From Desulfocapsa sulfexigens DSM 10523 (GTDB taxonomy: Bacteria; Desulfobacterota; Desulfobulbia; Desulfobulbales; Desulfocapsaceae): a DNA stretch of 32,000 nt. The stretch lies in NCBI RefSeq assembly GCF_000341395.1, contig NC_020304.1:2520001-2552000 (forward strand). Reading direction: 5' to 3'. This document shows, in pieces, positions 15,422 through 23,273 of this stretch. A program made the translations under genes and the position numbers. Positions within the stretch are counted from its first letter, which is position 1, and each line of letters begins with the position of its first letter. A model generated the notes under the pieces. That model ran no database searches, was not told where the DNA came from, and saw nothing but the letters and a program-made list of their open reading frames with translations.

Positions 15422-15916
15422 TTACTCAACTCGCAAAACAAAGTCTATATTAGCCTGTTCACCACGAATGGGATTCGAAGAGTTCACATTAATTGAAACG
15501 AGGTCTATGATGTTTGTATTTGAAGTTATGGGGTCAATTTCATTTATAGTGGTGATGGACATATAGCAGGCTGTAAGGTCGACACAGCCATTTGCGTTAG
15601 TTTGTTTCCCGAGTGCTGCACAAACTGTACTGGAGATATCAATAGTTGATGCAGCTGCACATGTGTCAGGGGTAGTGTCACCAACACAGGTGTTACCACC
15701 ATTACACCTCAGGTTGGCTTGAACCAGTCTCCCCATTACGTAGTCAGATACGCCTTTGCCAGCATCCAGCTCAGAGATATAGCGTTTTTCAACGCCTGAC
15801 ATACGGGTACCAGTCAGCGTCATGAAGTAGGCTCCAGCAACAACTCCGAAAGCAACCAGGCCAAAGAGGAGAACAGTTATAAGGGCCATCCCTTTTTCAT
15901 TGTGAAGTATTTTCAT
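15422..15916 (-). CDS. PilX-like minor pilin
   Basis: 164 aa. MKILHNEKGMALITVLLFGLVAFGVVAGAYFMT is the PilX_N-type N-terminus. The periplasmic part contains six Cys. Confidence 0.7.
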   Translation of the reverse strand: MKILHNEKGMALITVLLFGLVAFGVVAGAYFMTLTGTRMSGVEKRYISELDAGKGVSDYVMGRLVQANLRCNGGNTCVGDTTPDTCAAASTIDISSTVCAALGKQTNANGCVDLTACYMSITTINEIDPITSNTNIIDLVSINVNSSNPIRGEQANIDFVLRVE

Positions 15917-15917
15917 A

Positions 15918-16931
15918 TTACCAACTCATTGGTTTAGCGCTGACTTTCAAAACTTTCCATCTATATTGAGAGAAATTAGTTACTGCTGCTGTATTAAAAC
16001 CATCGGCGGCGTTAGCAGCAGGCAGGGCTCCGTTCATGGTCAGGTCTCCGCTAAAAGTGTAGTTCGGATCCATTGCGCCAGATTGCATCAGAACATACAT
16101 ATCTATATTCTTCATACTACTTATTATATCACTGGTGGTAGAACCTACCGGGATAGTCGTTAGGTTAACCTCACCAGCATCTAATAAATCGCCATCATTA
16201 TTGAGATCCCAGTCGAAGCGTATCTGTATATCGGCCACACATTCAAGAATCCGATCACCGCCAGTTCCATTCAGTGCGTCTCCACCAACTCGTCGTAAAA
16301 GGTTCCGGGTTCCGGTGGCACATTTTGTCAATGTGTTTGTTGTACTGATCGAATAGGTGATGATATTGCAGTACTGTCCCCCAGTGGCCGTAGAACAGCC
16401 ATCGCTTACGGTGGCAACATAGGGATATGCTGACGCTATATAGTTATTAGCAGGAGTGAGGTTTGTGTTTAGGTCCTGACACGTGAGACATTGTGCCGTT
16501 GTTTGGGCGGCTATGCTTTGATTTGCAACGAATTGTTTGTCTTTTGATAGTAAGACAGCCGTGTTGACTGTAGTATCCTGTCTCCGGTCAACGATAACAG
16601 TTGGCACCGAACCTACGGTACAGTTCAAAAGGAGCCAGCCAATGGTTCCAGCATTACCATTATTTATGGTTGATCGCAGAGTGAGAGTTGTACCATCCCA
16701 AGCCATGGGAAGATTGGCCTCGTTGCTGGCAATACCAAAACCAACATGCTCAAGGTCGAGTCGAATCATTTCAGTTCCGATAATTTTCCCAAGTTCAGTT
16801 TCAGTAATGTTTTTTTGCGAATTTGCTCCCATTATAAGGCTTCTGAAAGTCTGGGATGATAATGTCAGGATGATAGTTATGATAAACATTGCTATCACAA
16901 GTTCAACAAGGGTGAATCCTCTATTTTTCAC
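15918..16931 (-). CDS. PilW-like minor pilin
   Basis: 337 aa. The GTG start forms a GTGA overlap with the pilV-like stop. It begins MKNRG|FTLVELVIAMFIITIILTL. Size and position fit PilW. Confidence 0.7.
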   Translation of the reverse strand: MKNRGFTLVELVIAMFIITIILTLSSQTFRSLIMGANSQKNITETELGKIIGTEMIRLDLEHVGFGIASNEANLPMAWDGTTLTLRSTINNGNAGTIGWLLLNCTVGSVPTVIVDRRQDTTVNTAVLLSKDKQFVANQSIAAQTTAQCLTCQDLNTNLTPANNYIASAYPYVATVSDGCSTATGGQYCNIITYSISTTNTLTKCATGTRNLLRRVGGDALNGTGGDRILECVADIQIRFDWDLNNDGDLLDAGEVNLTTIPVGSTTSDIISSMKNIDMYVLMQSGAMDPNYTFSGDLTMNGALPAANAADGFNTAAVTNFSQYRWKVLKVSAKPMSW

Positions 16932-17338
16932 TTGTTTGCCACGATGGTAGAAGTTGTATTAGTGTATTGTTTTCCTTTTGTGCTCCAAGTTACCTGAACT
17001 CCGACAGATTTTGCAACAGTAGATACAGCCTGGGTGACGGTTACTTCCGTTGTAAAGGTGACGTTAGCATTGTTTACCTGACGCTGATAATTGACCTGAG
17101 CTTTTGTACCCAAATCGAGGAGGCTATTATTGTACGGGATATTCCGGTAGTCCGTCAATATCTCATCCGCCAGACGGACAGCATGGTCTCTTAGGGTGTT
17201 GTTTGTTGAAAATTGGTATAGGCCAGAAAGGGCCTTCAAACTACCAAGCATCATAACCGCAAGAATGACAATTGCAATTAGTGCCTCAAGTAACGTAAAG
17301 CCTTTTTTATTTCGCATCACAGGATGAAGTTGCGACAT
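16928..17338 (-). CDS. PilV-like minor pilin
   Basis: ...MRNKKG|FTLLEALIAIVILAVMMLGSLKAL is PilV-type. I chose the ATG at 17338 because GGGAGGG precedes it. The ATG at 17317 would give a 6-aa leader. Confidence 0.75.
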   Translation of the reverse strand: MSQLHPVMRNKKGFTLLEALIAIVILAVMMLGSLKALSGLYQFSTNNTLRDHAVRLADEILTDYRNIPYNNSLLDLGTKAQVNYQRQVNNANVTFTTEVTVTQAVSTVAKSVGVQVTWSTKGKQYTNTTSTIVANK

Positions 17339-17750
17339 TCCATTTTCCCTCCCGAACACTACTGTTAGCTATGTTGATACATGAATACTCAGTTATGGGG
17401 GTCGTCAGGCGGATAAAGCCTCCAACATTGAAAAGTCCTCTGCTGTTTATAGTAAACGTCCCTGCTGAGCCGGTAAAATCATTGTTCATGTCAACCAGAT
17501 CAGTATCCAGGTCGTTTGTGAGCTGGTTGGTGGCAACTGTTATGATTATCGGAGTCTTTTGGGTAAAAGCTTTTAAACGTTTGTCTTGAAGAAATGTGAT
17601 CATTTTATCAAGGTCCGTTTGTATAACATGCACAGTTGATATCTGTTTATAAGCAACCATGGCAGCTCCCATCAAAATCGCCCCTATAGCTAACGTAACG
17701 ACGATTTCAACCAAGGTGAACCCTTTTGTGTTGGTTATTTTTCCAGCCAT
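17307..17750 (-). CDS. FimU/GspH-like minor pilin
   Basis: 147 aa beginning MAGKITNTKG|FTLVEIVVTLAIGAILMGAAMVAY. It is the first minor pilin after pilY1. Confidence 0.7.
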   Translation of the reverse strand: MAGKITNTKGFTLVEIVVTLAIGAILMGAAMVAYKQISTVHVIQTDLDKMITFLQDKRLKAFTQKTPIIITVATNQLTNDLDTDLVDMNNDFTGSAGTFTINSRGLFNVGGFIRLTTPITEYSCINIANSSVREGKWNVATSSCDAK

Positions 17751-20700
17751 AAAATGATTTCTCCAGTTAAACTTGGGCTGGGAGGAATAAATGGAGTGGG
17801 TGATTCAGGAGGAATACCGGTAAACCACTTTGTGGACTTGCCGCCTTCCTCGGAGAAATCGTCTTCATTTAAGCCTGCTCCTTCTATGTTACCACCACTG
17901 AGCTGGAGGAGTAAAGAACCATCTCTGTAGTCAGTTGTGTAGCCATCACAGCCTCCCCAGATACTGTCTCCAGACATGCAGTTGAGCGCCCACATTCTTG
18001 AACGACCACCAAAATCGCAAGGATTGGATGATGGTTGCATGGTAGTAAAAAATACTATGTTAGTACCATTCGCAAAAGTGGGATCAGTAATTGTCCGTTC
18101 CTTTGCGTAGCTATCACCTTTTGGCTCCAGTTCGTCAACAACCCAGCCTAACGTTTTCTCGTCATCAAGATTGCCTACTTCCTGACATATGTCATTATTG
18201 TTGTGAGCGTAGTTAAGAGAACATGTTTTACCTGCAAGAATATCATTCAGACAATCTCTTATGAGTATGCCGTATAATTTTTCTGTTTTTGTCTGGTTTA
18301 CGCCAGGAGAATCGTCTTTGTAAAACCAACGACCGGTACCAAAGTAGATCATTGGATAATTGAAGCAGTCTCCATATACGATTTTTGAAGTAACTGGATA
18401 ATCGGTCGATTCGACAACTGAATCAAAATACCAGTTTGGTGTTTCATCCGTTCCCGCGGTAACATCAGCCTTGTCCGTTGGGTCGTAGCTGGTAATATTA
18501 CCATCTCCATCAACAGCGTTTTTGGGGACGAGGGCAATCACGGTTCCAGCTGTACCATTGGCATCATTGACACCAAAAAAGACTATGTCGGTATTTCCGT
18601 CACGATCCTGATCAATGCCATTGGTGAATAAGCGGCCACCAAAGGCGCTGTTATATGATCCCAATTCTGAGTCAGTGATGAAGCCGTCCTTTTTACTGTC
18701 TCCGGTGAATTTGAATATATCGTCAGCATCAGTATCACCATCGTTATCCACATCAACGAGGTTGAAATCACTGTCAACTTTCAGCATAAATACATTTAAA
18801 TTTTGGGCATCCACACTGCCTTGGTCACCATTGGTTTCGGCCCTGTAGTTCAGGGGACCACTGGTAAACATGACGTAGGCGTTGCCGCCTCGCTTTATGT
18901 ATGCAGGTCCGGAGTAGGTTAAGCCAAGGTTAGGGTGAGTGAATTCCCATAAAAAAACGGGATTTCTCGGATCAGAGATGTCAAGAGCGAAATAGGAAGA
19001 CAGACCTACGGCAGATTCGGGTGTTAATGGGTCTGCTCCGGGAGCAACCACCTGTGTTCCATCGTCAGGATCACCACACCATCTGTCTTTTGATTCGTAG
19101 GTACATCCGGCAGCACCACCAAATCGCATTCCACCGATTATAATATCTTTAGTGCCGTGCTTAATGCGGTAAGGTGCCATATCTGTAGTATAGATATGTT
19201 TGTAAGCAGGGTCTGTAAGATATTTCAGATACGGCATGGCATTTTGCGGGATAAAGGCCCAAAGTTCTTCACCCACTTCGTCCTGAAGACAAGAAGCATC
19301 AGAATTGTTGTCACAGAGGCGAACCGCCTGTTCAGTTGTGAGTCCATCTGTTCTGATTTTGCCGGCATGAAAGGCATGGAGCATTCCATCGTTTGCCGCA
19401 GCAAGAACGATTGAGAAATTTTCGTTGTCGACAACCTGGGGGGTTGAATAAATAATATCACCAAGTTTCCAGATTTCTCCAGCGTCATTTACAACACGGT
19501 TACGACAGGCACTACTTGTCACTTTGTCACTTGTGCCACTGAAGTCATCTGCGGCCCCGCGAATATAACTCATGAGGTTTATCGATCGAATCTCTTCAAG
19601 TTTGTCAGCATCTGGCGGGTCGGTTTCGTCAGCCGCAACACCAAGACAATCAGGGATATCTGTCTGTGTCTCGTCCAGGCGCATATTCTTTTTAAAGAGG
19701 GTGTAGTTATCAGCAAGGAATTCGCTCATGGTTCCAGATTCGTTTATGCCATAAATCGTACGGCCACCATTGCTTCCTGCTACCCATTCGTCGGGAGTAG
19801 CAACGTCACGTTTTTGAAGCTGATAGCCACCTTCCCATATTCTGCTAACGTCATCAATTGAGTTGTAGGAACCCAGTAATGCATCAGCCTTTCCATCGTC
19901 ATCATTTTGGCTGTCGATAAGGCTGTAGTAATCAATGTTCAGGCTGCCTTCAGCGTCAATTCTGAAGTCGAGAGCATGATCGTCATGCGTATCAAGATAA
20001 AATTCTGTTCCAACAGCATTATCTTCTCTGATGTTTGATACTGTGCCGGAATTAAAGAACCAGTAAGTATTGAGAGCGCCTGTCCATAAAAGGGATCGTG
20101 TGGTTCCGTCATCGATAAATGATTTTTCAGGAAAAAAGAGGGCCTGATGAATAATGGAACCTTCAGTAGCTCGTTCTGAAAGTACAGAGATCGAGGATCC
20201 TGCAGCAGTTTTTGTCAGGATGTTCGAAAAGGCATCAGCAAGTGCGGTTTCGAGCTGGTGCCCATCGTCAGCAGCGTAGGCTTCTCCATTACCATTGTCA
20301 GCGGTATCCTGAAGAATCTGCGGGATTGTCGCTTTTCCAAAAGCAACAGTATAGGTTTCAATATGTTGGTTTCCTGTCATTCCCGTGTCATCGCGCAGAT
20401 CACGGAAGTCTGAAGTGTCTTTGTCCCAGTAGGCCCAATAGGCGAGGTCGTCTAAGATGTCTTGGCAACCATTTGCCGTGTCTCCACTATCTGAACAATC
20501 GTCCGTGTTACTGTCATCGTCATAGTCAACAGTGTCCGCTGTACCATTACCTGTGGAGTCATAAAAATCAGGAACGTAATCATCTCTGTAGGGTTCGCCA
20601 TCTGTGAAAATTAAAACAAAAGATTTGGCACAGCGAATAGTCTCCTCATATTCATCAAAATAATATGGATCCCAGAGATGTGTCGCCCCATCGGGGTCAT

Positions 20701-22681
20701 CCACCTTGTAATTGTAGGTGGTCCCAATTGTTGGTTTGTCTTCATAGTATGGGGTATCTTGTTGGAAGTATCTGAGGACCTCGTAGTAATTTTCCGCAAG
20801 AGGCGTTGTCCCCCAAACAAGAGGATAATGTTCGATTGCGTCTACAACATCAGCGAGTGGGGCTTTAATGGGAGTGTCAATAGTACGATAAGTGGCTGGG
20901 GCTTTAATGAACGGATTGTTCGGGATATCCAGACTCATTGTTCCGCCGTGAGCCCATTCCTGGTTGTAAATATCTGTTTCCCCATCGTCGTCTTTTTGGT
21001 AACGATAAAAGCTGATGCCTAGACGTACATCACCTTCGAGTTCATGAAGGAGGCCGGTGGGTTCTTCTTCAACAATCAGGGCTATATTGAAGGATGTAGG
21101 AGGTGGAGGATTGATGATAATATATCCAACATCTTCATTGCTGTGAGTTACGTCATTATCAACGGAGGACTCCTCATCTATAAAAATCTCTACAGAATCA
21201 GAGCCAAGTGAGCGGTAACGAATACTCGCCGGGTCTGTATCATTGCTTGTCTGCATGTCGGCGAGAAAGATTGGTCCCTGCTTTTCTGTCCCAAAAGTAA
21301 TTTCTTTCCAGGTGTGGTTAACATCTGTTTCAGTGCCAACCTCAAAATTCAGGATCCCGACATCGTACGTTCCCTGCTCAAGGGCAAGGTAAGCAACCGT
21401 TTCATTTGTGTGACCTCCACCTGCATCTTCCTCCTGCAGTTGTATTTCGAAGGAACCATCGTTATTAATATTTTTAAGACGGGTTGTTGTGGTATCACCT
21501 CCATTGTTGGTATTAACAGTGCTTAAAATTACCGGTTTGGAGGCATATCCGAGTGCAGCCACGGAAGTCCAGGCATCATTAACTGTTTTTGTTCCAGCAA
21601 CCAGTCGCTGACCATTTTCCAGAGTGTAGCTTCCTGCTTCCAGAACGATATAGGAGATATCTTCATTGGTATGGGCCTTATTGGTGATATATTCCCATTC
21701 TTCAATCCGGATTTTGAATGATCCAGTCAGCACGTTGTCGACTCTTACAACGGATGGGTCGCTTCCATTGTACGAAAGAGGTCTGGCTAGAACAACTGGA
21801 TTGGCGTAATCAGTTTTTGTTAGGGCTACAGTCTCCCAGTTATCGGCACCTGAATCGGCTGAAAGGTTGCTTATAATTCCAGCTTCTCCAATGACTGTAC
21901 CGTTTTCGTCAACAATAATATTTGGGATTTTGTTGGAAAGTTTGGCATAGGGGTCGTAAAGTGTTTGGGTAGTACCATCTTCAGCAGGACTTGAAACTGT
22001 GAATGTTGAAGTTGCTGGAAAAGGTGAGTAGTTTTGTGCTGAACTATAGGATTTACAAATAGAACCATCACTTCTTTCGTTATTGCCTACAATCTTCCAC
22101 TCAAGGTCTGTCGGGTCATCTGTGAAGTAATTGTAGCCGGCACGACTTTCGACTTTTCCACCAATCATAACCTGTCTCGCAGCATCTATGCGTCGCGTTA
22201 CAATCCAGTTTAGAAAGTTACCACTCCAGCAATTATTCCCAAGTCCCAATGTGCAGGTGGAGTCTTCTTTGAAAGCACCAGTGGAGGTCGTGTCTACCGC
22301 AACATTATAGGGCATACCTGCTGCACCGGAAAAAGGACTTGGATCTACGGCAATTGTTGCGTCATAACTGTATGTTTTCGTTGAATCAAACATTCCATAA
22401 TATGTGAAGTCTGAGTCAAAGGCAGTGTCAGTATTCTTGCAGTTGTATCCAGTTGTTTGGCCAAGCGGATTTTTCATGCTCCCGGAGTTGTCAAGCATGA
22501 ACATGACATTTGGCGCAAGTTGAGCTCCCAGGAACGGCGGGACAGCATTGTAGTCATCACAACTGGCAGCAGTGAGCTGCGATGGTAGAATGATGGTGGT
22601 GGCAAAAGCAGCAAAGGTTGCCAGGGCAACATAGAGCACCCGTTGATGGTACCATGAAAATTGCAGTGATTTTTTTGACAT
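17735..22681 (-). CDS. pilY1: Giant PilY1/PilC-like tip-adhesin protein with an N-terminal vWA domain and a C-terminal beta-propeller
   Basis: The ORF-track start at 22696 is TTG and falls inside the GGAGGAG Shine-Dalgarno sequence, so I use the ATG at 22681 (MSKKSLQF..., signal peptide). vWA motifs are the MIDAS VMFMLDNSGSM, then GTTPLAENYYEVLRYF, FVLIFTDGEP and TYTVAFG. The PilY1 propeller hallmark is GDIIYSTPQVV...VLAAANDGMLHAFHAG...GEELWAFIP. Ca-binding-like loops are DVDNDGDTDADD and DQDRDGNTDIVFFG. Confidence 0.85.
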   Translation of the reverse strand: MSKKSLQFSWYHQRVLYVALATFAAFATTIILPSQLTAASCDDYNAVPPFLGAQLAPNVMFMLDNSGSMKNPLGQTTGYNCKNTDTAFDSDFTYYGMFDSTKTYSYDATIAVDPSPFSGAAGMPYNVAVDTTSTGAFKEDSTCTLGLGNNCWSGNFLNWIVTRRIDAARQVMIGGKVESRAGYNYFTDDPTDLEWKIVGNNERSDGSICKSYSSAQNYSPFPATSTFTVSSPAEDGTTQTLYDPYAKLSNKIPNIIVDENGTVIGEAGIISNLSADSGADNWETVALTKTDYANPVVLARPLSYNGSDPSVVRVDNVLTGSFKIRIEEWEYITNKAHTNEDISYIVLEAGSYTLENGQRLVAGTKTVNDAWTSVAALGYASKPVILSTVNTNNGGDTTTTRLKNINNDGSFEIQLQEEDAGGGHTNETVAYLALEQGTYDVGILNFEVGTETDVNHTWKEITFGTEKQGPIFLADMQTSNDTDPASIRYRSLGSDSVEIFIDEESSVDNDVTHSNEDVGYIIINPPPPTSFNIALIVEEEPTGLLHELEGDVRLGISFYRYQKDDDGETDIYNQEWAHGGTMSLDIPNNPFIKAPATYRTIDTPIKAPLADVVDAIEHYPLVWGTTPLAENYYEVLRYFQQDTPYYEDKPTIGTTYNYKVDDPDGATHLWDPYYFDEYEETIRCAKSFVLIFTDGEPYRDDYVPDFYDSTGNGTADTVDYDDDSNTDDCSDSGDTANGCQDILDDLAYWAYWDKDTSDFRDLRDDTGMTGNQHIETYTVAFGKATIPQILQDTADNGNGEAYAADDGHQLETALADAFSNILTKTAAGSSISVLSERATEGSIIHQALFFPEKSFIDDGTTRSLLWTGALNTYWFFNSGTVSNIREDNAVGTEFYLDTHDDHALDFRIDAEGSLNIDYYSLIDSQNDDDGKADALLGSYNSIDDVSRIWEGGYQLQKRDVATPDEWVAGSNGGRTIYGINESGTMSEFLADNYTLFKKNMRLDETQTDIPDCLGVAADETDPPDADKLEEIRSINLMSYIRGAADDFSGTSDKVTSSACRNRVVNDAGEIWKLGDIIYSTPQVVDNENFSIVLAAANDGMLHAFHAGKIRTDGLTTEQAVRLCDNNSDASCLQDEVGEELWAFIPQNAMPYLKYLTDPAYKHIYTTDMAPYRIKHGTKDIIIGGMRFGGAAGCTYESKDRWCGDPDDGTQVVAPGADPLTPESAVGLSSYFALDISDPRNPVFLWEFTHPNLGLTYSGPAYIKRGGNAYVMFTSGPLNYRAETNGDQGSVDAQNLNVFMLKVDSDFNLVDVDNDGDTDADDIFKFTGDSKKDGFITDSELGSYNSAFGGRLFTNGIDQDRDGNTDIVFFGVNDANGTAGTVIALVPKNAVDGDGNITSYDPTDKADVTAGTDETPNWYFDSVVESTDYPVTSKIVYGDCFNYPMIYFGTGRWFYKDDSPGVNQTKTEKLYGILIRDCLNDILAGKTCSLNYAHNNNDICQEVGNLDDEKTLGWVVDELEPKGDSYAKERTITDPTFANGTNIVFFTTMQPSSNPCDFGGRSRMWALNCMSGDSIWGGCDGYTTDYRDGSLLLQLSGGNIEGAGLNEDDFSEEGGKSTKWFTGIPPESPTPFIPPSPSLTGEIILWLEK

Positions 22682-22770
22682 ATTCTGCTCCTCCAAAATT
22701 CTATCTGTCTGTCAGAAATCTGTATTGTGTCTCTGTTTTGTAATGATGTATTAAAAGTCAATGAATTGCT

Positions 22771-22786
22771 AGCAAATAATGTTCCA
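22771..22786 (-). promoter_or_regulatory. Candidate sigma-54 promoter of the pilY1/minor-pilin operon
   Basis: The reverse strand reads TGGAACattatTTGCT, which has GG-N10-GC spacing and one mismatch to TGGCAC-N5-TTGCW. It lies about 90 nt upstream of the ATG at 22681. Confidence 0.45.
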
Positions 22787-22971
22787 GCGCTCCTGTTGAT
22801 GCTTGGAAGTACTGGTAGAAGCAACTGGGAGTGGGGGGAGGTGCATTTTCTTTGTATCGGAGAGCTGTTAGTTTTTAGGTCGAGTTGTGTTAATAAACTA
22901 GACAGGTCAGCCCAGATTGTAAAAAAAAGTTACAATTAATGGCTGAGTTGAAATCTGACGAACAGTTTTTC

Positions 22972-23175
22972 TCAGGTAGGGTATCCAACTACTTCAAACC
23001 CAATTCCAGCAATCGCCTCTTTCACAACGTCTTTACTCACATCTCCTCTATAAGTAGCCTCGTTTTTCTCTAGATTCACCTCTATATTGGATATCCCCGG
23101 GATAGCTTGCAGTGCCTTTGTTACAGATGCCACACAGTGGGGACAGCTCATTCCTTTTATTGATACAGTGGTCAT
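22972..23175 (-). CDS. copZ: Copper chaperone, heavy-metal-associated domain (CopZ-like)
   Basis: 67 aa. MTTVSIKGMSCPHCVASVTKAL carries the MxCxxC motif in a ferredoxin-like HMA fold of the right length. Confidence 0.85.
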   Translation of the reverse strand: MTTVSIKGMSCPHCVASVTKALQAIPGISNIEVNLEKNEATYRGDVSKDVVKEAIAGIGFEVVGYPT

Positions 23176-23273
23176 TGTTTTTCTCCATCATTGAGTTATT
23201 GTTGTATTGTAGAAGTTTATTCATTTTCATCGATATTTCAAGCGATAATGCTGAAGTTGGGGCGTAGCATATA

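Noticed and set aside
18349-22824. Many short ORFs (62-131 aa, both strands) within and just upstream of the pilY1-like gene, including 22474..22824.
   Set aside because: All are nested in alternative frames of a continuous 1653-codon ORF that has vWA and PilY1 hallmarks. The ORF at 22474..22824 also runs across the candidate promoter.
22916-22936. The inverted repeat ATTGTAA-7 nt-TTACAAT, considered as a possible copZ terminator.
   Set aside because: The stem is 7 bp and entirely A/T. No U-tract follows it in the direction of copZ transcription. It is too weak to call.
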